A stretch of 64,000 bases of DNA from a virus (Duplodnaviria; Caudoviricetes), in IMG/VR virus record IMGVR_UViG_2706796186_000001, positions 96,001 through 160,000 of that record. The stretch is one strand, 5' to 3'. Of the stretch, positions 46,406-56,849 are shown piece after piece. The stretch's first letter is position 1; each line of letters opens with the position of its first letter. A program made the position numbers and the translations under genes. Under the pieces are notes generated by a model that saw only the letters and a program-made list of their open reading frames with translations, searched no databases and was not told the DNA's origin.

Positions 46406-46431
46406 CATAATGACAGCACCTCATGTAATAA
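46406..46431 (-). promoter_or_regulatory. Putative middle-type promoter of the precursor/rSAM operon
   Basis: TTATTAC-N15-TATG on the minus strand, overlapping an imperfect hairpin plus T-tract. Confidence 0.6.
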
Positions 46432-46434
46432 GTG

Positions 46435-47634
46435 TTATCGTGAACCCGCTTCGGCTTGTACGTCGTCGCGAGAAGTCAGGCTGCTGTTGACGTGTACTGC
46501 CGCCTGAACCACACCGCCGTACTGCTTGTGGAGATAGTTCGGGTGTGGGTTATCTGCGTTAACGTGGTTCTGGAGATTCTGCGACAGGGTGTTAATGGAG
46601 TTCTGCAATCCAGCAACTTGCTGTTTCAGTGCATTCAGCTGACCAGAGAGATCCTGAATCTGCTGCTGCGTATCGGAACCGGCGGATTCCAAATCACTGA
46701 TGCGCTGCTTGAGCCCATTGATGACTTGGTTCTGGTCATTGATCATCTTCTGGAGTTGTAACACCAGAGAGTTCAGGTCGGCCTGTTGTAACGCCGCCTT
46801 TTGGTAGTTCAATGCCACCGAATTCAGTTGGTCATTCCACGAACCGAGTGCACTGACCACCGCATCGATACGCGCACCGAGTGCTGTGTCCGCTGCTTTC
46901 AAATTACCGATGTCAGCGAGGACAGCGTTAATGGCAGTCTGAACCGTTTGAATCAGCGCGCGAATTTCGGTTTCAGTGAGACCGTTCGCCTGATGAATAT
47001 CCAGTGCGTGAACATTACCTTTGGCATCGATGTGCGATTGTAGCGCCGCCATCATCTGGGTTTGCATGTCAGACATGGCTGCCAGAATCTGCTGGAGCTG
47101 AACTTCGTTACCGGAGTTAATCGCATCGGTCATCAACGCGAGTTGCGTAATGATGTATTCGAAACCAAACAGGTCGCCGAGGTCTTTAAAGGCCGGAGCC
47201 GCTGCAAAGGTATCCGGGACATTACGCAGGTCAGCGAAGTCAACTTTGCGGTCTTCAAGGTTGGCATCAGCCAACGCCTGTTTAATCGCAGAGATAACCG
47301 CCGACTGTGGGCCACCGACAACCTGTGCAAGACAGACGATATCGGTTGGGATAGCCGGGTTAGTGACGACCACACCCATACAGATTTCGCGGTTCTTAGC
47401 AAGCTTCATGTACGCCGGATGGATGTAAATCAGCTCGTAGTCGGTACCGCGTTTATAAATGGTGTTGGGTTGATTGGCAGGCCGCATACGGAACGTATCC
47501 GCAAAGAACGGCCCTGCTGGGAAAGCGAACGCACGGTTGACCTTCCCCCCACCTAACACAACCGGGACATTGACCGCGTTACTGGACGCAGCCCCTGTCA
47601 GGTCAAGTGGGTATTGAAATAGAATATCTGGCAT
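46435..47634 (-). CDS. Putative baseplate/tail-fibre-associated coiled-coil protein
   Basis: YPLDLTG..GPFF..GTDY N-terminus shared with upstream fibre genes; long Gln/Leu heptads; HVNADNPHPNY motif; GGGAG RBS favours ATG 47634. Confidence 0.7.
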   Translation of the reverse strand: MPDILFQYPLDLTGAASSNAVNVPVVLGGGKVNRAFAFPAGPFFADTFRMRPANQPNTIYKRGTDYELIYIHPAYMKLAKNREICMGVVVTNPAIPTDIVCLAQVVGGPQSAVISAIKQALADANLEDRKVDFADLRNVPDTFAAAPAFKDLGDLFGFEYIITQLALMTDAINSGNEVQLQQILAAMSDMQTQMMAALQSHIDAKGNVHALDIHQANGLTETEIRALIQTVQTAINAVLADIGNLKAADTALGARIDAVVSALGSWNDQLNSVALNYQKAALQQADLNSLVLQLQKMINDQNQVINGLKQRISDLESAGSDTQQQIQDLSGQLNALKQQVAGLQNSINTLSQNLQNHVNADNPHPNYLHKQYGGVVQAAVHVNSSLTSRDDVQAEAGSR

Positions 47635-47681
47635 GGCCAAACTCCCTTAGTGAGACGTCCTTGTCTCGACGTGTTAGATGG

Positions 47682-50600
47682 TTACGGCAACTTAGGCATA
47701 AGATTGACCGTCAGTTTTGACGGGGTGACCGTTCCGCCGTAATAGTTGACCCCGTTGCCGATGTACAACGCGTTGTCGGCAATAAGCATGGGTATCGGTT
47801 GGCGGAAGATGACATCTCCATGAACAATCGGGAAATAATCATCGATGGAAACACCTGCTGGCATGGCGACTTTATAAACATCAAGCACACCACCAGTGAT
47901 ACGCCCCGCCGCACCCTGTACGTTCGTTATGGCACGAATGGCCACAGTAGCAGCATCGGAGATATAGAACACCGTCGCTGTGCCGTTATCCACGTTGGAG
48001 ACACTGAACGCAGCGAACGCGGTGGTCTGACCCCCGTTGATACCATTAAACACGAATGTGTTTTTGACCCCCACCTCGGCAGCAAGTGTGACCTCAGCCA
48101 GTGCAGAAGAAAACGTTGCAGAAACATCGAGGTTGGCGTTGGTACATCCAATGGTGCCGGAGCCCAAAGAGTAACCACTCTTCAATTTGATTTTCACCGT
48201 CGGGGTCGACGGGGTAATCTCCACAATCATTTTCCACGCAATCGAGATGACAGCCGACATCCCCGGAATACCCACCAAATACGCATTGTCTACATCAGAA
48301 GCCTGACCAAAGTTGGCACCCTTCATCGTGAACTTCTTGTAGTCTTTAGGCAAGGTAGCGACCGGCGCATCCCGCAGCAACTCGATAGGAACCTTGTGGC
48401 TTTGAGACGCGAAGACCGGGCCAATCTGCGACATATCCAGATACCCATCACCGGTAGCCGCCGGAGCAGAAAGGGGTTGCTTACGCAATAGCCCCAGTCG
48501 CGAAAGCCGCGCTTCACTGTCCACATTCACATCGTGGCTGTAGACCGTGGCGGTATGCTCCGCCAACTGTTTCAACTCGCCCAAGCGTTTCACTTTTGTG
48601 AACTCAGACGACAAGATACGCTGACTGTCGGTGACTACCGTCCCGATAAACAACCGGGTATCCGTATCGGGCATTTTCTGCGTCAAAAGCTGGTATTCCG
48701 GTTTGCCGTTCACCACCGCCGCGTGCATGTAGAACGTACGGTTTTGGTACGCACCGGGGAACAACGTCTTGAGGTTCTGGTTATACGCATCCAACGTGTA
48801 ATAGTCGGAACCAAACCGTAAGCTCTCAGACTCGGTGATGTACAGCTCCCACCCTTCTGCGGTTTTTACCCCAGCAACGATTGCAACATTCCCCGCAGGG
48901 GTGTAGTTTGTCACCCCTGCCGCAACAAAGTCGTTCGGTGGTGCGCTTGGGCCTGCGAAATAAGACGGTGAAATCACCTGCCCGTTTGACCGCAGCATTC
49001 GCTCCCCAACAAACGAAAGGATGGTAGCATAGTTGTAAAACGTGCTGCCGAGCACCCCCGCCTTCGTCGCCGTCAGCTTACCTCCGTTCAAACTGAAAAT
49101 CAGCTCAAGGTGGTACGCCGCGGATGACCCCACGACCTGCCGAATCATGAAGTTCGGCAAGTGCATGATGCCCGTACCGTCACCTTTCTCGTAGAAGATT
49201 GGTTGGCCCATTCTGCTGCTGTGCCCAGAATAGTTGGTATTCTGAATGAGTTGCAGGTTGCTGTACGTCGCGATGTTGGTGTATACAACGTCAGCTGTGG
49301 TCGTGACCAGCTGAACAACCCCGTTCACGACGCTCGGGTAGATTTGGAACGTAACATTCCCTAACCGCTTATTGCCGTTATAGAGTGCGTAGTACGACAT
49401 TTGTGCAATCCAAATCGGATTGGCATCAAGGGGTCGAATCGCCCACACGGAAAAGAGGAGGTTAATCGGGTTGGCAATGCTGTCCGCCACCTCACCTGCC
49501 GGTGCTGCCGCTTTTAAGGCCGCCGTTATCTTGTTCCATGTGTCGGAGGACAACGTAAGGGTATCGGCTTTTGGTACCGCACCCACGGCCTGGTACCGCT
49601 TCACACCGGGACCGTTCCAATACGCGCCGTTTAACTTACCCGACTGGAGCGTGGATGTCGCACACCACGTCATGTCTGCCAAAGCGTAGTAATCGTCAAC
49701 CGAGAAATTGCGGCGCACGTTACTCGGCCCTGCGCCCAAGTACGCGGGACCGTATGTTGTGTTTGGGTCTACCTCGACATACACCGCGCTGTTGGCGTTG
49801 GCGGGACTAAACAGATACGCATTATTGCCCAGATACACCGGATGGGATTGACCGACAGAATACACCGAGCCAATACCGCCCGTGAACTGCCAGTTCGCCA
49901 GAGAGGTGTAACCGCTTTTGTGGTCTCCTGCGATAAAGTCGTAGAAGTCCGCGTCCATTGTCGAGTGTGCTAACCCGTTGGGGAGGGTGTCCTGAGACTG
50001 ATCGTAAATAGACCATGCACGTTGGCCAACCCCTTGGAACACCCGCATGCGGTTATCAGCATTGCCGTACGGGAACCGAACTTTCCAGCCTGCCTCTTTG
50101 AGCTTTGTCCCAGTGGCAAGATACACATCGTCCGCATCGATTTTGAATGGGAAGATATCTGCATTATCCAGCGAGACCGTCAACGTATCCATGTCAATCT
50201 GGAACGAAGTCGCCCAAGTGAAACGGCCATACGAGTCATCAGGGCTCAACAATAACAGGGTGCTCAAAATACCTACCCTGGTCATGTTCTCGCGCTGCGC
50301 TACCGCATACGTCGCGATGTTGTGTGCGATGTTGCGCAGGTTACCCCAGCGTACTTTACCGGCCTCGGTCACATAGGTGGTGCCCTGTGTCGCAGGGTCG
50401 GTCGCATCGGTGTCTGTGTTAGCGCGCAGCAACACTGAGATACCGTTGACGCTGTTCCCCCCTTTGAGAGCAGCAGGGGTGTAAACCATCTTGTCCCCAC
50501 TGACTGACCCTACTAACGCATAGACACTGTACTGGGTATTGGTCAATTCCAGATGAAGAATGTAGACCTTCCCTTTATACACGATGGTTTGTTCGCGTGT

Positions 50601-52673
50601 CTGATCGCCGAGGTAGCCACTGACCGTGCCGTTCGCGTCGAACGAGGCAGGGAATTCACTCCGATACACCTGTTTGTGTTTGGTGTAGTTCAGTGTTCCT
50701 TCTAGCATGACTGTGTAGAAATATCCGTCGCTGCCTAAACAGACAAGTGCCGCATCGCCTGACGCAACCAGTGTGAGTAGCCGGACACCGGGATACTTAC
50801 TCATTCCCGCTGGGTGGTATGGGAACGACGTCTGCTGCTCCCCTGCAATTGACCCATCGTTGTTTACACGGGCATAGCCGTAGTAAATGCGATCGGTGTT
50901 CGGCAATCCGTCGTTTGCATTGCGTAACAGGTAAACGATGTCTCCTTCCTGCTTGACTGCCCCCAACCCTTTCCAGCTCAGCTGTTTCGCAAAACCGGCA
51001 AAATTCCCCACCGTTGGAATAGGCAGGAACCCACTGTTACCGTACGAGGCACCCCCAGTCGTCCACGACGGCAACAGACCGTCCAACACGTCTTTGTACG
51101 TATTAAGGCGCTGTTGTACGTTATAGCCCTGCTTTGACGTCACCACTTTGTTCGTGGTGGTATCAATCGCATCCCACAGTTGCAACAGACCTGCGTCCGT
51201 ATCAGACGCCGTTGGTACGCCCGTCAGGTCGGCAAACGTGTGCGTGTGGTTTGCCAGAGCCTTATTTGCCAACACCGCACGAATGGCGTTGGTCAACGGT
51301 TTCTCAGCAGGCGCGGTGTTGTTGATGTTACCCACACCTAAATCGGCGGTCGTTAAGGTAAGGGACTGTTTCGTACCGTCATCAATGAACTTCTTCCCGT
51401 TAATGGTGTACGTGTTGTCCACGTAATCATCCAGCGTCTTTTTCAGGACGTTAACAGCATACTGCGAAATCGCGGTACCCGAAGAAATATTTGCAGACAG
51501 GTTGGTGATAGCAAACAGCCCCGGCACTTTGTCAGTTGCCGTGGGCAGTTGCGCGTTCATGGTCAGTGGAGAAGACTGCTTCGCTGTACCGAATACCTTG
51601 ATGGTGTCGGTTGGAGAAAAGTAAGCGTTCCCCGGTAAGAGTTTTACTTCGGACAGGTACAACGAGACCATGTCCGGTGTGACCAGATATGCACCGTTAA
51701 AGATGGGTGCCACTGCGCCGTTGAGCACATAAGCCGTGTTCAGCCCCGAGCCCAACTCAACCCCCACACCCCGTTCGTTACTGTCTGCATCAGCAGTGAT
51801 GTTGATAGCACGGGTGGTGGTAATAAGGAACTTATCGCCTTGCAGGGTGATAACATGGCTCGAGTCGGCGGTACGGAATGTCAACGCACCGTTATTCAGC
51901 ACCTTGAGGCGACCACGCAGTTCACCAAGCACCACAGGCATCAGGGTATCGATGTGAGCTTGCTGAATGCCGTTTGCTTTCATGATAGCGACTAACTCAT
52001 CCAGCGTTTTACCGAATGCCTTCGTCGAGTCTACCGCTTTGGTCAGTACCTTTAACGCCCCAATCTCATCCGCAGTGTATTGGTGTGCGTTTTTGATACG
52101 ATGGTGGCTGTACATGTTGTCGTCGAAAATCTTTTTACCGTTGGCAAAAATCAAATCGGTGACCTCGGCGTACGCCACATCCATATCGCCTGCCCGCTTA
52201 ATCAAACCTTGACGGATATCATCCAGCGCTTTCACGACTTCATCGCGGAGCAGGGCTTCATCTAAGTTGGCAGGTGGGTCAATTGCAGGAACCACTGGTG
52301 CATAACGCATCAGTTCAGACCAGTCGGTGTTACGCGGGTCTTTGATGTCCTCTTTCACCAAGAACTTGCCAATCTCGGTCTGTGGTACGCGGTATTCGCG
52401 ACCAATCGAATAGATCGTGTAGTCAACAGAGGTGTCTCCGTTAATCAACATAATCCCGCCGTAGATTTGGTCTTTCATTGCGACAGCGGCTTCTTTATAA
52501 TAGTAGCCGAGGTAGTAATCCAGACCCTCAATGAGCTTCACGCCTGCGCTGTTTTTCAGCTCAAGCCCGGTACGGAAGAACGGCCCCTCAGGAGGGATGA
52601 CCACATTGTATTTGTTCGGATATGTGGTCGTCAGTAGCGTACCGGTAAATTTGGCTACGTTCGTGCTCGCCAT
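47682..52673 (-). CDS. Large tail-fibre-like virion protein
   Basis: 1663 aa; GPFF..GLDY N-terminus, NAH, LGVGNINNT, HTHTFADL fibre motifs; beta-rich C-terminus. Confidence 0.7.
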   Translation of the reverse strand: MASTNVAKFTGTLLTTTYPNKYNVVIPPEGPFFRTGLELKNSAGVKLIEGLDYYLGYYYKEAAVAMKDQIYGGIMLINGDTSVDYTIYSIGREYRVPQTEIGKFLVKEDIKDPRNTDWSELMRYAPVVPAIDPPANLDEALLRDEVVKALDDIRQGLIKRAGDMDVAYAEVTDLIFANGKKIFDDNMYSHHRIKNAHQYTADEIGALKVLTKAVDSTKAFGKTLDELVAIMKANGIQQAHIDTLMPVVLGELRGRLKVLNNGALTFRTADSSHVITLQGDKFLITTTRAINITADADSNERGVGVELGSGLNTAYVLNGAVAPIFNGAYLVTPDMVSLYLSEVKLLPGNAYFSPTDTIKVFGTAKQSSPLTMNAQLPTATDKVPGLFAITNLSANISSGTAISQYAVNVLKKTLDDYVDNTYTINGKKFIDDGTKQSLTLTTADLGVGNINNTAPAEKPLTNAIRAVLANKALANHTHTFADLTGVPTASDTDAGLLQLWDAIDTTTNKVVTSKQGYNVQQRLNTYKDVLDGLLPSWTTGGASYGNSGFLPIPTVGNFAGFAKQLSWKGLGAVKQEGDIVYLLRNANDGLPNTDRIYYGYARVNNDGSIAGEQQTSFPYHPAGMSKYPGVRLLTLVASGDAALVCLGSDGYFYTVMLEGTLNYTKHKQVYRSEFPASFDANGTVSGYLGDQTREQTIVYKGKVYILHLELTNTQYSVYALVGSVSGDKMVYTPAALKGGNSVNGISVLLRANTDTDATDPATQGTTYVTEAGKVRWGNLRNIAHNIATYAVAQRENMTRVGILSTLLLLSPDDSYGRFTWATSFQIDMDTLTVSLDNADIFPFKIDADDVYLATGTKLKEAGWKVRFPYGNADNRMRVFQGVGQRAWSIYDQSQDTLPNGLAHSTMDADFYDFIAGDHKSGYTSLANWQFTGGIGSVYSVGQSHPVYLGNNAYLFSPANANSAVYVEVDPNTTYGPAYLGAGPSNVRRNFSVDDYYALADMTWCATSTLQSGKLNGAYWNGPGVKRYQAVGAVPKADTLTLSSDTWNKITAALKAAAPAGEVADSIANPINLLFSVWAIRPLDANPIWIAQMSYYALYNGNKRLGNVTFQIYPSVVNGVVQLVTTTADVVYTNIATYSNLQLIQNTNYSGHSSRMGQPIFYEKGDGTGIMHLPNFMIRQVVGSSAAYHLELIFSLNGGKLTATKAGVLGSTFYNYATILSFVGERMLRSNGQVISPSYFAGPSAPPNDFVAAGVTNYTPAGNVAIVAGVKTAEGWELYITESESLRFGSDYYTLDAYNQNLKTLFPGAYQNRTFYMHAAVVNGKPEYQLLTQKMPDTDTRLFIGTVVTDSQRILSSEFTKVKRLGELKQLAEHTATVYSHDVNVDSEARLSRLGLLRKQPLSAPAATGDGYLDMSQIGPVFASQSHKVPIELLRDAPVATLPKDYKKFTMKGANFGQASDVDNAYLVGIPGMSAVISIAWKMIVEITPSTPTVKIKLKSGYSLGSGTIGCTNANLDVSATFSSALAEVTLAAEVGVKNTFVFNGINGGQTTAFAAFSVSNVDNGTATVFYISDAATVAIRAITNVQGAAGRITGGVLDVYKVAMPAGVSIDDYFPIVHGDVIFRQPIPMLIADNALYIGNGVNYYGGTVTPSKLTVNLMPKLP

Positions 52674-52759
52674 GAAAAAACACTCCTACGTATTGATAAA
52701 AGGTTACCGCCCTCTCGGGCGGTAGCTTGCGGGTATCACGCCCGCAAGCGTGTACCCCT

Positions 52760-55700
52760 TTATACCCACTGACCGAAGTCAGTTCCATCTGTGGTGCGCT
52801 CAGCGTCCATCTTAGCCTGCAACACATTCCACAGCCTCGTGGTCATGTGTAGCGGGTTTATCCTTTTCGCTGTATAGCGGTCAGCGACAAACCACATCGC
52901 ATCCGCTACGGTATTTTCCGTTATCGTGGTGAGTAGTGTACCGCCCGCATCGTAGAGTTCGTACGTGAACTCCAGTTTCAACGGATCGGATGTGTACCCC
53001 GGAAGGTACGCCAGCTGAAGTTTCAAATCCCCACGACGGGCCGGTACCGGAACGCCGAGTTCACCGCCAAGGGATGAAGCGTAAGCCACATTTATCACCT
53101 GTCCACCAATGGCAAGCTGACGCACCGCATTGGCTTGTGTGCCTTTGACGATTTTCAGTTTGGCCACTTTGGAGGACTGCGGGAGATTGTACTCAACCAG
53201 CATGCCTGAGATAAGGAAGTTCGTGCCGTCAGAGCTGCCGGGTTTTCCGAACCAGTTGCCGTTCGTGTCGACAGAGTGAACCGACTGGAGCAGCGCATCC
53301 CGGTTAAACGCCAGTGGCAGGTAACCTGCGTGTGACGCATGGAAGGAACGACACCCCATCGGGACTAACTGGTATTCGGTATACCGCACGTCAGGTACGA
53401 ACACTCCCGCAGGTAACACCACGGTCGCATTCTTCACCGACGTGTTCGGCAGCACACCCGAATCGGCATACGACTCGAACAGCGAACGAAGGTACTGGTA
53501 GGCATCTTCAACAAACCCAATCCCGTCCAGCGGAGCCACAGACCCCAGAAGGCTACAGACACTCGTACCACCACCCAACGGTGGCAGTTCAAGTCCAACG
53601 AAGCCACCCATCAGTCCCCGGACATCAACATCGAACTGAATCTCCAGCTCATTAATGAGCAAAGAGCCATCGACGTCGTTTGGATTGCCCGCGAAGTACA
53701 CGCTGAACACCGACAGTTTCCGAAGCGTGACGTTGTACGAGTAACGCACCGCCAATCTCGGAGAGCCTGCTTTCAGTGTGGTCAAATCCATCACCCCCAA
53801 GACCGCTGACGCTTCATTCTTCCGAAGTGACGTCGTCTTGGAATACAGGATGTTGGATTCAAACGTTGGCAATGTCGTATTGACACCCGCATGGGTAGCG
53901 ATAGCGTTAACGTAGCCGTAATCCGGTTCAGTCACACCATCGAGTGGCACGCGCAGATAGCGGTTTCGGTAATCCGCAGGCACACTCCCAAGGGTTGGGC
54001 TGGCAAACAACAAGGCCGGTAACGGTTGTGCGAACAGTCCGTTGGTCTGGTATTCTTCGTACACTAACCCACCTTGGAACGTCGGTGCCCCATTCGCCTT
54101 CGGGTTGGATGGGGTGAACCACCATTGCGGTGTTTGCTCCGTCGTCTCCAGCAGCATGTACGCTTTTTTCGTGGTGCTGTTGCGTGACATCTGCGCCAGT
54201 CCGTACACCGTCTCGGCTCCGGCAGTGACTTCACCGTAGAGGGCCGATGGTGAATTGAACCGCAGTTTACCAATCGGCAACATCGCCAGATTATCCGTCA
54301 GTGTCCAATCACGGGCCGCTGGGATATGTTGTTGCAAACTGGCTATATGGTCGGACGCCTCGTTGGAAATCCCGTAATCGCGCATCATCGGGAAACTGAC
54401 GGTCGGGGTAGTGATGCCGCCCGCAGGGACATCAACCACACCAATCAAGGCGGTTTCCGGTGAAACCTCATTTGTCGGTTGCGGTTCAGCACGACTGTAC
54501 ATGGATTGAGTTACCATGTTCAGATACAGGAAGTGACGATTACCGAACGTTGGGGTCATGAACTCCCCAAGCTGGGTGATCGGCGTCCCGACGTCACTGC
54601 GGTAAATCGGCAGAGATTCGTCATAAACCTCAAAGGCCATCGCCGCAGCTTTCGTCGCGTCATTGCAGTCCGCACGAATCCCCAAGCAGGCAGATTGTTT
54701 TGCGGAGTCCACATCGACTTCCAAGAAGAACGGCGAGTTGCCCGTCCCCACTTCCTGACCATCCAGATAGACCGTCACCTTACCACCCGCCACGATATAC
54801 AGCCTCAGCGTTCCTGTGTACGATTTTAAGCGTAGTTTGGACAGCAGAGAGATAACGGACAGGTTACCCATCCCATTGGCACTCAAGCCGATAGGCGTCG
54901 CTTTTAAGGCGAAGTTGGGTTTGGAGGAAATGGCGGAGAAGTCAAAGTTCGCTGCGGTGTTCTTCACCGCAGGCGTCCAGTTACGCTCCATCGTGTTGTT
55001 CGGACTGAACCAGTTGAACATCGGGGTGGTTTCGAGGTTAATCGACCCACTTACCTTCCCCTCAGCCCGGTCATTCCCCCGCAGATAGAAATACTGGAGG
55101 TCTTTGACTTGAAGGATACGGCCAGATGCAACCGACCACGTTGAAGCATCGATGATGGAGAAATCTGTTGACACTCCGGTTTTCACCGACTTCAACGCAT
55201 CACTAATCGCATCCAAACGATCGCTCAAGCGCTTCATGACGTTCGGTGTCACACCTTTACTGCCGGACAGACCATCGTCCAAATCGGTGTACCGTCCCAG
55301 ACCCTCAGTGGCGTTCGTTGCCAGTGGCAAGTTTAAGGATGCAAATGTGTGCTTGTGTCCTTTATCACTCAACCCATCCATTGCGGTAGATTGGTCAGCA
55401 GAGACCGGTTTGTTGACGTCAGCAGTGTTATCTGCTTGGCTCAGACCAATATCTGACTTGGTCATCACACGCGCCCCGTCGTCCATTGGTTTGGAGTTGA
55501 GCATGGTGGTTTTCGCCACATAGCCCGACGCCTTACCTTCATACGGCTGCAACGAGTCTGGGGTCGAAGCAACACCACTGACTTCGTCGCCCACACCCGA
55601 CTTTAACACCGCGGTACCTTTTACGGTGGTGGTGGCAGACGGTAGCGTCAGTGAGGCTTTAACCGGGTCGGCTTTTGAACCTTTACCAGTGACTGAAATA

Positions 55701-56839
55701 CCACCACGCCCCTGAACGTAAATCTTCTGGTCGTCCGGGTCGCTGGTTTGTCCGCTCTCAGTCGGTTGGTATTTCATCAGTAACGTGGTCGTGAGCAACA
55801 CTTTCCCGTTCAGGGTCAGCTTGTCCATCCCGAGCGCATTACCTGATGACTCGATACGCAGGGTGTTCGTTCCCGACGTCCACTCCATGAAACGGGTAGT
55901 GGTATCGTTGGCGTCGTAACCTGCGGCCAGAATAACCGCCCCGTTGCTTTTAATCGTAAAGGCTGTATCGGTGAAGGTGATTTCCGATGTTCCGCTTTTC
56001 GACTTGAACAACGACCGGTTGGCAGCAAGTTGCTGAATAAAGACACCGGAGACATCTTTGCACGCCCACTTCTCGATATACTTATCGATATCGCTTTGCT
56101 GGAGCCCCAAGGCGCGGATTTCAGCCGTCAGGGTACGCAAGGTCTTCCCGTAAGCTAAGAACGTGTCTGGGGTCTTCAGGTTCGCAGGATGTGCGTTCGC
56201 TTGTGCGGACGTCGTCCCGTGGGGGTTGTGTGCCGCAATGTGTGCAGGGTAGTTAAAGGTGGTGATTTCCTTTGCTAATCCGGCAACGGTGACTTTCAGT
56301 GCCGCAAGCTTTGCCTTAACGGCATTGTTCGCGGCCTCAGAATCCAGCTCAACGTCATGCACGGCTGACGCCACGTATTTTTTATTCAGCAGGTCATGCC
56401 ATGAAGTGGCAGCCGGTTTAGGGGGGAAGAACGTCGGGCGATTATCAACCTTAAACCAATCTGCATCCACAGGGTTATTCAGGTATTTAATCAGTTCATC
56501 GAGGATGTCAATGAACGGCGAATAGAACGTATCCCCCAACGCTTGACCTACAAAGGTCAAAGACCCACCGATTTTCGGATTGATGAGTTGGATACCGCAC
56601 GCAACAGGTGTGGCCACCGACTCATTCAGTTCTGGCATCTGGTAGGTTATTTCATAATCGACCCCACGGGTAAGCGGGGTCGTACTGCCGGACGCAGTCA
56701 CCACTAAGCTGACTTCGAAGAACGGGCGGTTTTTCAGAATCACCACCCGGTCATCGGTCTTCTCGTTTGTGATGATGCGTTCTTCCTTGAACGCATTTGC
56801 GGGGCTAGTACCCTTCCAGTCGTAAGGATACGAAACCAT
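52760..56839 (-). CDS. Large tail-fibre-like virion protein
   Basis: 1359 aa; YPYDWKG..RPFF..GVDY, HNPHGT, IGLSQADNTAD..KPVS, HKHTF. Confidence 0.7.
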   Translation of the reverse strand: MVSYPYDWKGTSPANAFKEERIITNEKTDDRVVILKNRPFFEVSLVVTASGSTTPLTRGVDYEITYQMPELNESVATPVACGIQLINPKIGGSLTFVGQALGDTFYSPFIDILDELIKYLNNPVDADWFKVDNRPTFFPPKPAATSWHDLLNKKYVASAVHDVELDSEAANNAVKAKLAALKVTVAGLAKEITTFNYPAHIAAHNPHGTTSAQANAHPANLKTPDTFLAYGKTLRTLTAEIRALGLQQSDIDKYIEKWACKDVSGVFIQQLAANRSLFKSKSGTSEITFTDTAFTIKSNGAVILAAGYDANDTTTRFMEWTSGTNTLRIESSGNALGMDKLTLNGKVLLTTTLLMKYQPTESGQTSDPDDQKIYVQGRGGISVTGKGSKADPVKASLTLPSATTTVKGTAVLKSGVGDEVSGVASTPDSLQPYEGKASGYVAKTTMLNSKPMDDGARVMTKSDIGLSQADNTADVNKPVSADQSTAMDGLSDKGHKHTFASLNLPLATNATEGLGRYTDLDDGLSGSKGVTPNVMKRLSDRLDAISDALKSVKTGVSTDFSIIDASTWSVASGRILQVKDLQYFYLRGNDRAEGKVSGSINLETTPMFNWFSPNNTMERNWTPAVKNTAANFDFSAISSKPNFALKATPIGLSANGMGNLSVISLLSKLRLKSYTGTLRLYIVAGGKVTVYLDGQEVGTGNSPFFLEVDVDSAKQSACLGIRADCNDATKAAAMAFEVYDESLPIYRSDVGTPITQLGEFMTPTFGNRHFLYLNMVTQSMYSRAEPQPTNEVSPETALIGVVDVPAGGITTPTVSFPMMRDYGISNEASDHIASLQQHIPAARDWTLTDNLAMLPIGKLRFNSPSALYGEVTAGAETVYGLAQMSRNSTTKKAYMLLETTEQTPQWWFTPSNPKANGAPTFQGGLVYEEYQTNGLFAQPLPALLFASPTLGSVPADYRNRYLRVPLDGVTEPDYGYVNAIATHAGVNTTLPTFESNILYSKTTSLRKNEASAVLGVMDLTTLKAGSPRLAVRYSYNVTLRKLSVFSVYFAGNPNDVDGSLLINELEIQFDVDVRGLMGGFVGLELPPLGGGTSVCSLLGSVAPLDGIGFVEDAYQYLRSLFESYADSGVLPNTSVKNATVVLPAGVFVPDVRYTEYQLVPMGCRSFHASHAGYLPLAFNRDALLQSVHSVDTNGNWFGKPGSSDGTNFLISGMLVEYNLPQSSKVAKLKIVKGTQANAVRQLAIGGQVINVAYASSLGGELGVPVPARRGDLKLQLAYLPGYTSDPLKLEFTYELYDAGGTLLTTITENTVADAMWFVADRYTAKRINPLHMTTRLWNVLQAKMDAERTTDGTDFGQWV

Positions 56840-56849
56840 TTGCTTCTCC

